Shown here piece by piece: positions 8,714-17,622 of a DNA stretch of 64,000 nucleotides. The stretch is taken from NCBI GenBank assembly GCA_019352195.1, contig JACAFG010000005.1, positions 27,582 to 91,581 of the forward strand, in the 5' to 3' direction. A model generated the notes under the pieces. That model ran no database searches. It worked only from the letters and a program-made list of their open reading frames with translations, and was not told the origin of the DNA. Numbering within the stretch: position 1 is the first letter of the stretch; every line of letters starts with the position of its first letter. Source of the DNA: Candidatus Saccharimonadota bacterium. GTDB taxonomy: Bacteria; Patescibacteriota; Saccharimonadia; UBA4664. Made by a program: the position numbers and the translations under genes.

Positions 8714-11700
8714 GTGAGCAGACTTTGGCTGTTAAAGCTAAATAAGCGTCCCGCCATAACACGAATCTACACCGCCCTAGCGCTTGCCGGGCTGTTTTGG
8801 GTTGGACTTATCACGCTTAACATACCCACAGCTTCGGCTACTGGTGCAGCGGGAATCTATTCAACCATCAATTACCAAGGGCGTTTGCTGACTTCGACGG
8901 GCGCCGTGGTTCCCGATGGAACGTATAACATGGAATTTCAGATTTGGCAGGACGGCAACGGTTGTGTTACCGGCTGTACTTCGGCCAATGCGTCAACCAA
9001 CAACGGCGGTACGCTTAAATGGACCGAGGACTACGTTTATGGCACCGGCTCTCCAGACAACCGCGTGACGGTGAAAAATGGCTATTTCTCGGTGAGCCTT
9101 GGTTCGATTACATCGCTGTCTAGTGTCAACTTCAACTGGGACACAAACTACCTCACGACTAATATTGGTAATACTTCGACAGCCGCTACCTTTAGCGTGG
9201 CTTCGGGCGATGGATACATGATTCCGTTTAAGCGCCTCAGCGCTAATCCTTATGCCCTTAACTCGTCGCAGCTGGGCGGCCTCACCAGTTCACAGTACAC
9301 GCAGCTCGGCCAGGGTATCCAGGGTGCCGCAACTACCGGTACGACGGCGCTTATTGGCCTCAACCAAACCTCCACCGGTACCATTTTGGACCTGCAAAAA
9401 GGTGGCGCCGACGTACTGCTTATCGACTCAACTGGATCAACTTTGTTCCGTCCCACTACCGACTCGGCTATCGCACTGCAGGTACAAAAAGCCGGTACCA
9501 CCACGACGGTGTTTACGGTAGATTCGTCCAACTCGCGCATTGGCATTGGCACGGCGGCACCAGCCTACGCCGTGGACGCGGTGGGCTCGATTAATGCTTC
9601 CACGAGCCTCAAAGTTGCTGGAACTGATGTTTGTACCACGGCTGGCTGTACCGCTGATCCGGCCTCAGCTATCAAGAACCAAAACAGTGCCCAGCAGACG
9701 AGTGCCAACTTTTGGATTTCAGGCAGCGGACGCGCTGATACAAGTATTCTCACCCCTGGACTCGATACCGCCACTGGTGTTGCCCTTGCGATTGGAACCA
9801 CGAATGCTACGAGTATTAACCTCAACGAGAGCACCAATGTAGCCACGGGCAAAACTTTTACCACAAACGGCAGTGGTTTTGACGCTACCGGTAAACTTGG
9901 CATTGGCACTACCAGCCCGGCGGCCAACCTGGACGTACACAGTACCGCCACGACTGGAAATGCGCTGAGCGTTACGGCGAACAACCTAACCACCGGTATC
10001 GCCGTCAATGTCTCCAGTAGCCCTACCGCCGGGACAGGCGGCGCGCTTATTAATGCCAGTCAGTCAGGAACTATAACTACGTCTGGTACCGTGGGTGGCT
10101 CGCTGCTCAATGTGCAGCGCAGTATTACGGCCAATGTGTCAGCAGCAAGTGCGATCACGTTTGATTCTAAAACCACATCTTCGAGCTACACGTGGTCGCA
10201 CACCGTAGCCAGCCAAACGAACCGAATTTTAATTGTGGAATGTGATTCTTCGAGTGCAGCCACTAGTGCTACCTATAACGGCGTTGCTATGACTTTGATT
10301 GGCACCATCACGAACCCATCGAACCCATCAGCGTTAACCTTCTGGAAGCTCCTTGCTCCGGCCACTGGAACTCACGCGGTTACTATGGACCAAAACTGCA
10401 ACGTTGGTGCTGCTATAGGTGGCGTTTCCAGTAGTTGGTATAACGTTGATCAGACTACAGGCACAGGGACGTTCAGTAGCAATGACGCGGCGGCTAACAA
10501 TGTCTCGGTCAGCGTGGCATCGTTATTTGGCCAGGTGGTGATTGACGGAGCCGATGCCTACTTAAACGGTTATAGTTCATGGACAAATATTCCTGGCTCG
10601 GGTCAAACTATGCTCCTCAATCCTTCGTTGAGTTACGATTCGGTAGGGGCTAGTTATAAGGCTGGGGCCGCCACCTCAACTACTATGACCTGGAACTTCA
10701 GCGCTGGCGCTGGTGTACATATCTATATCGGTGGTTTTGCGCTTATTCAAGCACCGACTGGTTCCGCGGTAAACCTAGTGGGTTCGATTGTAAACCTTGG
10801 CTCCAACTGCACTAACACCGCGGGCGGATGTGCCGACAACAGTAGTATTTTGAGCCTAAACCAGCAGTACGCTAGTGCTTCAGGCGCTGTGGCAACGTTG
10901 CAGAATGCTGGAACCGGAGATATGGTCGATTTCCTGAACGGCTCATCGAGCATACTATCGGGCTTCGACTCGAGCGGTAACCTGTTTTTCAATAACTCTA
11001 CCTTCAAGTCCACGCTGAGTACGGGTACCCTCTCAGCGCCGCGATCGATCACGTTGCCAGACGCGAGCGGCACGGTGTGTTTGTCGGTAGGTAACTGTAG
11101 TGCAGCGGGTGGGTACATTGTCAATGGCACGAGCTTGCAGGCCAGCTCTAACTTCCATATTTCGGGCAGTGGAACGGCCGACACGAGCCTGTTGACCCCG
11201 ACCTTGGATACGGCGAGTGCTAGTGCATTGTCGATCGGAGTCACTGCAGCTACCACCATCGGCCTCGGCCGTAGCGGCCAAACGCTCAACATTGGCAGCG
11301 ATGCGATTAACCTCAATAACGGCTATTTGAATGTGGCAGGTACCACGTCGGCCACCAATTCGAAAGCATCGCTGGCTGGGACCGTGGCCTCGAGTACTAC
11401 TTCGCAATATGGGTTGGATAACGAAGTGGCCTTTAATCCGCAAGTAGCTATTACCGGCGCGGTGTATGGCAGCGTCAATATTCCCAACTTGTCGGGCAGC
11501 GCTCTGGCTGTTAGTTCGCTGCAAGGCTTTACCGCCGGAGTAAAAGAAACGGGCGGCGTTGGCAATTTTACCGGTACGGTTACGGACGCAATCGGGCTCA
11601 ACATTACCTCACCTCAAATCACGGGTGGTGGCAATAAATTTACCACCTACACGGGAGTCGACGTGGGTGCCAACTCCATTAACGGCGGTAACACCTCCGG

Positions 11701-14700
11701 TATCCTCACGAACAACGGCATCATCGTCGAGAGTATTTCGGCCGGCGCGGGTTCCGGTGGGACGGTTAATAACTACGGTATTAATCTCGCCCAGCCGAGT
11801 GGTAGCGGTACCGGCACGACCAACAACTACGGCATTAACATTCAGGGTGCGGGTGGTGGCTCTAACAACTACTCCATCTACAACCAATCGACGGCGGCCA
11901 GTTACTTCTCGGGCAATGTTGGCATTAACCAACTGACCACCGGCTCCTACAACCTGAATGTAAACGGCACGGCTAACTTTGCGACCAGTATTAATGTGCC
12001 GAGCATTACATCGAGTGCGGGCCTCACCTTGGCGACTACGGGGACGAACGGTCTGACGGCTGATACAGGTGGAGCAGGGACTATCAAAGTTGGTGCGGCC
12101 AACGCCAACAGTATTTTGATTGGAACAGCGACAACAGCCCAGGCATCTGGCGCGACAGGCACTATCTTCATTGGCAACACGAACTCAACAATTGTCGGTA
12201 TTTCGGGTCAAACGGTTGGTGTTGGTTCACCCTCCGGTGGCGCGCTGTTTATTACGGGCGGCGGTGTCAATGTGCAAGGTGCGTCGGCATTGGCGATGCT
12301 TTTCAATGTCACCAACACATCAAACAAGACCATCCTTCATGTCGATAGTAGCGCTAATGTGGTGAGCTTGGGCCAAACTTCAAACCTGACTGGCCAACTG
12401 CAATTTAGTAATGCGACGAACGCGTTTACGTCGACGATTCAGGGTAACACGGCAGCAACGGCGAGCTACACGTCGATTTTGCCCGGCGCGGTAGGGTCGG
12501 CTGGTCAATGTTTGACCGTGGCTAGCGTGGCCTCGACAACGCAAACCCTGGGTTATAGCGCTTGTGGCGGCGGTAGCTACGTAACGTTGCAAGGTGTTAC
12601 GCCCGGCACGGCCGATACTGGTAATCTCAATATTACTGGCACGGGTATCTTTGCTACTCAGATAACTTCGCCGATCGTTAAGACAACGAACCTGCGCCCA
12701 ACGGCCGACGGCACCTCGGCTATTCAATTCCAGAACGCTGCTGGCACCACTAACGTGTTGACGGTTGATACTACGAATAGTCGAATTAACGTAGGTACCA
12801 ATGGCACACCGACTGGGCAATTGTATGTTTCGGGTACTTTGCCGACGGCTGCGGCTGGATCGGTATCAACTGGCTCAGCTCCTAATAACATTTACGTTCA
12901 AGGTCATTACGCCTATACAGCCAACTATAGCTCTAGCACGCTCGGTATTTATGATGTCAGTAACCCCGCCGCCCCTTTCAGTGTAGGGTCGGTCTCTATC
13001 TCCATAGCGACCAATGTCTATGTTCAGGGTCGTTATGCCTATGTTACAAGCCAGGGCAGCGGTGGCATTGTCATTGTTGATGTCAGTAATCCAAGCAGTC
13101 CGATCAGTGTTGGCTCGGTAGCTACGGGGAGTAATCCCAAGAGTATATTTGTACAAGGAAGTTATGCGTACGTAGTCAATAACGGAGCTAGTACCATAAG
13201 CATTGTTGATGTTCACAATCCGGCAAGCCCCACAATCATCGGATCTACGGCTACAGGCCTCAATCCAAGCAGTGTTTATGTCCAGGGCAGGTATGCCTAT
13301 GTGATAAATAATACTGCGAGTACCTTGAGCATTATTGATGTCAACAATCCGGCAAGTCCATCCAGTGTTGGATCGGTAGCTACTGGCTCCAACCCAAATG
13401 CCGTCTTTGTTCAAGATAACTATGCATATGTAACAAATAACAGCGGTGCCGGGATGAGCGTCATTGATGTCTCGGCCCCAAGTGCGCCATCGAGCGTGGG
13501 TACCGTAGCAACCGGTACGTCTCCCAACGGTATTTACGTTCAAGGACGGTACGCCTATGTGGCAAATAGTGGCTCAAACACAATTGGCATTTACGATGTT
13601 GGTGGCGCCTACACGCAGCAACTGGAGGCGGGCGGAGCACAGCTAGGTATGCTGGCCGTGGATGGCAACTCTACGTTGGCTGGAGATGCCTCGGTGCAGG
13701 GCGGCCTGCAGGTAGGGCAGAGCGTCCAAATTGGGGGCGATGCCGGTATTAACGGTGGCTTGTCGGTGGGGGGCTCGGCGTCATTCGATGGTCCCGTGCA
13801 GGTAGGTTCATCGCTTACCGACACGACGCAGGTAAACTTGCAGCTCGATTCGACGAGCTTGTTCGCAGATAGCGGCACTTGCAGCACCACCACTAATCAG
13901 GGTGCCTTGTATTACAATACCAACACCAACGCCATCCGGAGTTGTGTGGGCGGAGCGTGGGAAGACGTGATAACGACGAGTGGTCTTGGCCTGGTATTAT
14001 TTGGTATTGTGCCCGACGGTGTAGCAACAACCGGTGTCGGCGACTTGGCTGGTGCCGGCGGATATAATTCGGGTCCGTGCAAAGTTTACATGAGCGGTAC
14101 GGCAAATATTATTGTCTGGAACTCGTGTACGGCGTACTCGAGTGGCCGCAAAGTGGCGGTGGCCGCCGGTACAGCGACGGTGAGTTCGAGCACGAGTGTC
14201 TTCCAAAACTTGTGTATCAATACATCGGGCGTGGCGGCGCTGGTGGGAACGGCTAACGCCACAGAAACTACCGCTGGCCTGTTCCCGGCCTTTTCACCGA
14301 GCGCACCAATACTGTGTTTGGCTACCATAAAAACGGCGACGGTAGCGAATAAAGTGGCGGCAATTTACGATACGCGCGTATATACCACCGATGACAAGAC
14401 CATTGCGACCATTGCAACTACTACCGGCCTTGGATCGATGGTCACAAACAACGGCACCCTCGGTCGCTATGCACCCACGAGTGCGGTAACCAACTCAATT
14501 ATGGGCGTGGTGGTGGCCTATAGCGGCACGGTGAGTACGGCAACGCCGAATGCGATTATTGTTACCTATGGTCCAGTGGCCATTAAAGGCACGGGTACTT
14601 CTGGCACGATTGCCCAGATGATTGAATGGGGTGCGGCCAACGGTTATGCCACCACGGTGGCGGCGGCGACGACGGCCACCAACCCTTATACGTATGCTGG

Positions 14701-14794
14701 TGTGGCCCAAAATACCAATGGTACCGTAGCGGCAGGCTGTGCTGTGTACACGGCATGTAGTGGGTCGTTGTTTACTACTTTTGCGCCAAGATAA
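8714..14794 (+). CDS. giant secreted cell-surface protein with LVIVD beta-propeller repeats
   Basis: The ORF track gives 8684..14794 (2036 aa) from a TTG that lies upstream of the predicted transcription start site (TSS). The likely start is GTG 8714, preceded by GGAGA, giving MSRLWLLKLNKRP... plus a hydrophobic core and ASA cleavage site. Seven tandem ~40-aa LVIVD-type repeats (YVQGRYAYV...IVDVSNP) lie at ~12890-13600. The protein is T/S/G/A-rich, with GIGTTSPAANLDV tail-fibre-like motifs. Confidence 0.8.
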   Translation: MSRLWLLKLNKRPAITRIYTALALAGLFWVGLITLNIPTASATGAAGIYSTINYQGRLLTSTGAVVPDGTYNMEFQIWQDGNGCVTGCTSANASTNNGGTLKWTEDYVYGTGSPDNRVTVKNGYFSVSLGSITSLSSVNFNWDTNYLTTNIGNTSTAATFSVASGDGYMIPFKRLSANPYALNSSQLGGLTSSQYTQLGQGIQGAATTGTTALIGLNQTSTGTILDLQKGGADVLLIDSTGSTLFRPTTDSAIALQVQKAGTTTTVFTVDSSNSRIGIGTAAPAYAVDAVGSINASTSLKVAGTDVCTTAGCTADPASAIKNQNSAQQTSANFWISGSGRADTSILTPGLDTATGVALAIGTTNATSINLNESTNVATGKTFTTNGSGFDATGKLGIGTTSPAANLDVHSTATTGNALSVTANNLTTGIAVNVSSSPTAGTGGALINASQSGTITTSGTVGGSLLNVQRSITANVSAASAITFDSKTTSSSYTWSHTVASQTNRILIVECDSSSAATSATYNGVAMTLIGTITNPSNPSALTFWKLLAPATGTHAVTMDQNCNVGAAIGGVSSSWYNVDQTTGTGTFSSNDAAANNVSVSVASLFGQVVIDGADAYLNGYSSWTNIPGSGQTMLLNPSLSYDSVGASYKAGAATSTTMTWNFSAGAGVHIYIGGFALIQAPTGSAVNLVGSIVNLGSNCTNTAGGCADNSSILSLNQQYASASGAVATLQNAGTGDMVDFLNGSSSILSGFDSSGNLFFNNSTFKSTLSTGTLSAPRSITLPDASGTVCLSVGNCSAAGGYIVNGTSLQASSNFHISGSGTADTSLLTPTLDTASASALSIGVTAATTIGLGRSGQTLNIGSDAINLNNGYLNVAGTTSATNSKASLAGTVASSTTSQYGLDNEVAFNPQVAITGAVYGSVNIPNLSGSALAVSSLQGFTAGVKETGGVGNFTGTVTDAIGLNITSPQITGGGNKFTTYTGVDVGANSINGGNTSGILTNNGIIVESISAGAGSGGTVNNYGINLAQPSGSGTGTTNNYGINIQGAGGGSNNYSIYNQSTAASYFSGNVGINQLTTGSYNLNVNGTANFATSINVPSITSSAGLTLATTGTNGLTADTGGAGTIKVGAANANSILIGTATTAQASGATGTIFIGNTNSTIVGISGQTVGVGSPSGGALFITGGGVNVQGASALAMLFNVTNTSNKTILHVDSSANVVSLGQTSNLTGQLQFSNATNAFTSTIQGNTAATASYTSILPGAVGSAGQCLTVASVASTTQTLGYSACGGGSYVTLQGVTPGTADTGNLNITGTGIFATQITSPIVKTTNLRPTADGTSAIQFQNAAGTTNVLTVDTTNSRINVGTNGTPTGQLYVSGTLPTAAAGSVSTGSAPNNIYVQGHYAYTANYSSSTLGIYDVSNPAAPFSVGSVSISIATNVYVQGRYAYVTSQGSGGIVIVDVSNPSSPISVGSVATGSNPKSIFVQGSYAYVVNNGASTISIVDVHNPASPTIIGSTATGLNPSSVYVQGRYAYVINNTASTLSIIDVNNPASPSSVGSVATGSNPNAVFVQDNYAYVTNNSGAGMSVIDVSAPSAPSSVGTVATGTSPNGIYVQGRYAYVANSGSNTIGIYDVGGAYTQQLEAGGAQLGMLAVDGNSTLAGDASVQGGLQVGQSVQIGGDAGINGGLSVGGSASFDGPVQVGSSLTDTTQVNLQLDSTSLFADSGTCSTTTNQGALYYNTNTNAIRSCVGGAWEDVITTSGLGLVLFGIVPDGVATTGVGDLAGAGGYNSGPCKVYMSGTANIIVWNSCTAYSSGRKVAVAAGTATVSSSTSVFQNLCINTSGVAALVGTANATETTAGLFPAFSPSAPILCLATIKTATVANKVAAIYDTRVYTTDDKTIATIATTTGLGSMVTNNGTLGRYAPTSAVTNSIMGVVVAYSGTVSTATPNAIIVTYGPVAIKGTGTSGTIAQMIEWGAANGYATTVAAATTATNPYTYAGVAQNTNGTVAAGCAVYTACSGSLFTTFAPR

Positions 14795-14885
14795 GCGTTT
14801 GATGGCCCGTTCTAATCGGCTTGGATGGGCGCTTAGGCTTGGTGATAATTGGTCTAAAACAGGCCGGTTTTGAGCGCCATAATGC

Positions 14886-14914
14886 TTGTGTTTATAGATA
14901 GAAACGCTTATGAT
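14886..14914 (+). promoter_or_regulatory. second copy of TTGTGT-17-TATGAT promoter
   Basis: TTGTGT 14886-14891, spacer ttatagatagaaacgct, TATGAT 14909-14914. It is followed by GGAGA (14936-14940), then 3 nt, then GTG 14944. This is the same architecture as at 8656-8716. Confidence 0.5.
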
Positions 14915-14943
14915 TAGCCTTGTAACATGTGTGATGGAGAAGA

Positions 14944-15261
14944 GTGACTACCCCTTGGGATATCCAAGCTAAGAGCCACCGACTATTTAATCGTAGGTTG
15001 ACCGCCCTGCTGGCAGCCGGGCTTTTTGGTGTTGGTATCTTTGTAACGGCGCCGGGGGCACACGCCACGTACGCGACGAGCGTCACGTTCACTGCCGGCA
15101 GCACGGCCCAAACGTCGACGACGGCCGGCTACGCCACCCAAGCCGCGACGGCCGCAGCATATAAAGATTTGGGACTGGTATTGAATCCGCCGCTCAATAC
15201 CGCGTGTAGCGCTTCCACCGACTGCCAGTTCTCGATGCTCGTAAATGTGGCCCCACACTAA
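14944..15261 (+). CDS. small secreted protein (105 aa), hypothetical
   Basis: GTG start, signal peptide LTALLAAGLFGVGIFVTAPGAHA. It is T/A-rich and co-regulated with the giant protein by the shared promoter. Confidence 0.5.
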   Translation: MTTPWDIQAKSHRLFNRRLTALLAAGLFGVGIFVTAPGAHATYATSVTFTAGSTAQTSTTAGYATQAATAAAYKDLGLVLNPPLNTACSASTDCQFSMLVNVAPH

Positions 15262-15305
15262 GCTAAGCTAGATACAGTGGCAGGTGATCTGGTACTATAA
15301 ACTAC

Positions 15306-15797
15306 ATGAAACGCTTATGGTGGTGGGTTGTTGGCGCCGTGCTGGTGGTGGGTCTGATTGTGATCATGGGCTTACTTCTGGCACCCAAAAACCCCATCCC
15401 GGGTCCAATTAAGAAGCAGGTGACGTCGACGCTGCTCATGCCGCGGGGTGCCGGTGCAGTGGTGGATCGGCAGAGTGTGAAATATGACAGTGCGCAAAAG
15501 CTGCTTACCTTTAATGTGGCCTATGCGGGTACCTCGATTGTTGTGAGTCAGCAGCCGACTCCCGATCAATTTGTCGATATCCCAGCGGTGTATACCAAAC
15601 TCATTGATAGCCTGGTCAATTATCAATCGTTTGACACGAGCATTGGCACGGTCCATCTGACGCAACCAAAACAGCTTAATGGCAAGCAGGCGGCGGTCCT
15701 TAATACGATGGGCACGCTCATGTTTGCCAAGCCAGATAAAAATTTATCTGATGATCAGTGGCGGAGCTTATTTAATCACATGGCAGCAATAAATTAG
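15306..15797 (+). CDS. N-terminally membrane-anchored hypothetical protein
   Basis: 163-aa ORF with a single N-terminal TM (WWWVVGAVLVVGLIVIMGLLLA). Confidence 0.55.
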   Translation: MKRLWWWVVGAVLVVGLIVIMGLLLAPKNPIPGPIKKQVTSTLLMPRGAGAVVDRQSVKYDSAQKLLTFNVAYAGTSIVVSQQPTPDQFVDIPAVYTKLIDSLVNYQSFDTSIGTVHLTQPKQLNGKQAAVLNTMGTLMFAKPDKNLSDDQWRSLFNHMAAIN

Positions 15798-15863
15798 TGA
15801 TTGCGGCATTGCAATAAGCATAAGTGTGTTAACATAATCGCATTAAGGACAGAACGTTAGAGC

Positions 15864-17499
15864 ATGCCAAAGGTCGTTCACTCCACGCCTCTTCGTCCGA
15901 AAAACCGATTTAGCTCATCAGTAGCTTCCTTATGCGCAGCAGTTTTAGCTGCTATTGGCATTTATGTCGTGGCTGGCAGTCATGCTGCCACGGACGGATT
16001 ATATCTTACTCCCGCTAATGCTTCAGTTGAAGTTGGCCAAACGGTAACGGTGTACGCCGATTCGGGTTCGGTGCCAGTGAACGCAGCCCAAGCTAACTTG
16101 TCATACGACCCAGCTCTCCCGCAATACGTTAGCTTTGATAATACCGGCACCCAGCTGCCACTCGACGCGCAGCCAATTGTTGGGACGCCAACTACCGGCA
16201 GTCTGCAGATTGTTCATGCCACGCAGGGCGGGGCCACACCACCGTCGGGAACAATTCTTTTGACGACGCTCACGTTTAAGGCATTGGCCGGATCGGGCTC
16301 AGCGGCCATTACCTTTGGATCAGGCTCCGCAGTTTACGCTGCGTCCGGTTCAAGCAACATTGTGACTTCTACTGGTAGCTCGACGATCGCCCTTACTTCA
16401 CCGGCAGCTACGCCTACTCCAACCGTAGATCCAACCGCCACGCCGACTTCAACACCGACTAAAACTCCAACCCCGACTCCGACGCCTACGCCCACACTGG
16501 CCGCCGCGCCAACGACAGCCCCCGCTACGCTCTATCTGTCGCCTGGCACCGGTGCCGTTGTATCGGGAGCAGCTTAAAGTTGCGGTTCGCCTAAAAACGA
16601 CTACGCCGGTTAACGCGGTCCAAGTAACACTTGGCTATCAGGCCTCAAACCTCAACTTTGACTCGATCTCGACCGTTGGGAGTGCCTTTGCAGTCACTGC
16701 TCAAGGTAATGGTGCTGGCGGCGTAAATACCATAGTTCGATCTATTAGTGGCGGCGGTACGCCGGTCACGGGCGATGTCTTGGTAGCAACGGTCACCTTT
16801 GTAGCCAAGTTATCTGGTACTACCGCGGCGATTAAATTTGCCCCCAGCAGCATGGTGCTTACGGCAGCCGACAGCAAAAGTATCTTGGCTACACCCGTGA
16901 GCGGATCATATGCCTTATTGGCACCTGTTACCCCGGCTTCCACGTCCGCTCCAGCACCAACTACGGACACCGTAGTTACCCTGCCTCCGTCGGGCACGGG
17001 CGTTTCGGTTCCGGTATCGGGTGCCATCACCGTTAAAACTCCAGCTACTGACAGTAATTCCAGCGTAGCGTATCAGCTTGACGGTAAGAGTATCAGTTCG
17101 CCAACCATTGATACCACCGAACTCAGCAATGGTACTCATACCGTTACCGGCGTTGTCGCCAGTCCTAATGGCACGCGCCAAACCGTCACGCAGCCAATGG
17201 CTGTCAGTAACGATCTGTCGGCATGGCAGATGACGCGAAACACAATCGTGGCCGCCTTTGGCGGTAGCTCGACGGTGGCAGTTAGCACTATCGTGATCCT
17301 ACTCTTCATCATGATCGGCGGGATTGGCTTCGTCATCCTGTGGTCCCATTTTGAAGCCAGCGCAATGCAAAAGCGCTTGCTGAGCCAGCCAGAAGTTCAC
17401 ACGCCTGAAATTACGAACGATGCGAACTTGGTCATGCCCCAGTCTCCGTCTGCCGATGATAATGACTCCGACGATTCCAGCCCCACCGTTAACCTATAG
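15864..17499 (+). pseudogene. cohesin-like-domain membrane surface protein, reading frame interrupted by a 1-nt frameshift near 16568-16572
   Basis: ORFs 15864..16577 and 16552..17499 together are collinear with the intact paralog 17623..19671. The frames switch between ...AVVSG and QLKVAVRLKTTTPVNAVQ. The paralog reads ...SVANGTKLTVGIRMKTASLVNSVQ at the same place. Confidence 0.5.
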
Positions 17500-17622
17500 C
17501 CCATCAACTTCGATCTGATGTTGCCTCGTTGTGTCAGTTACTTCGCAGGGTCTAAAATCTGTTGTAATAAGCATAACTGTGATAGCATAATCTGAAGAAT
17601 GCTTTAAAAGACTCTTAAATTT

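Noticed and set aside
893-14328. Numerous antisense or overlapping ORFs listed in the track (e.g. 893..1366, 2830..3099, 11033..11524, 12875..13543)
   Set aside because: They lie inside longer, compositionally coherent genes, have Arg/Pro-rich low-complexity translations typical of GC-rich antisense frames, and lack RBS or promoter support.
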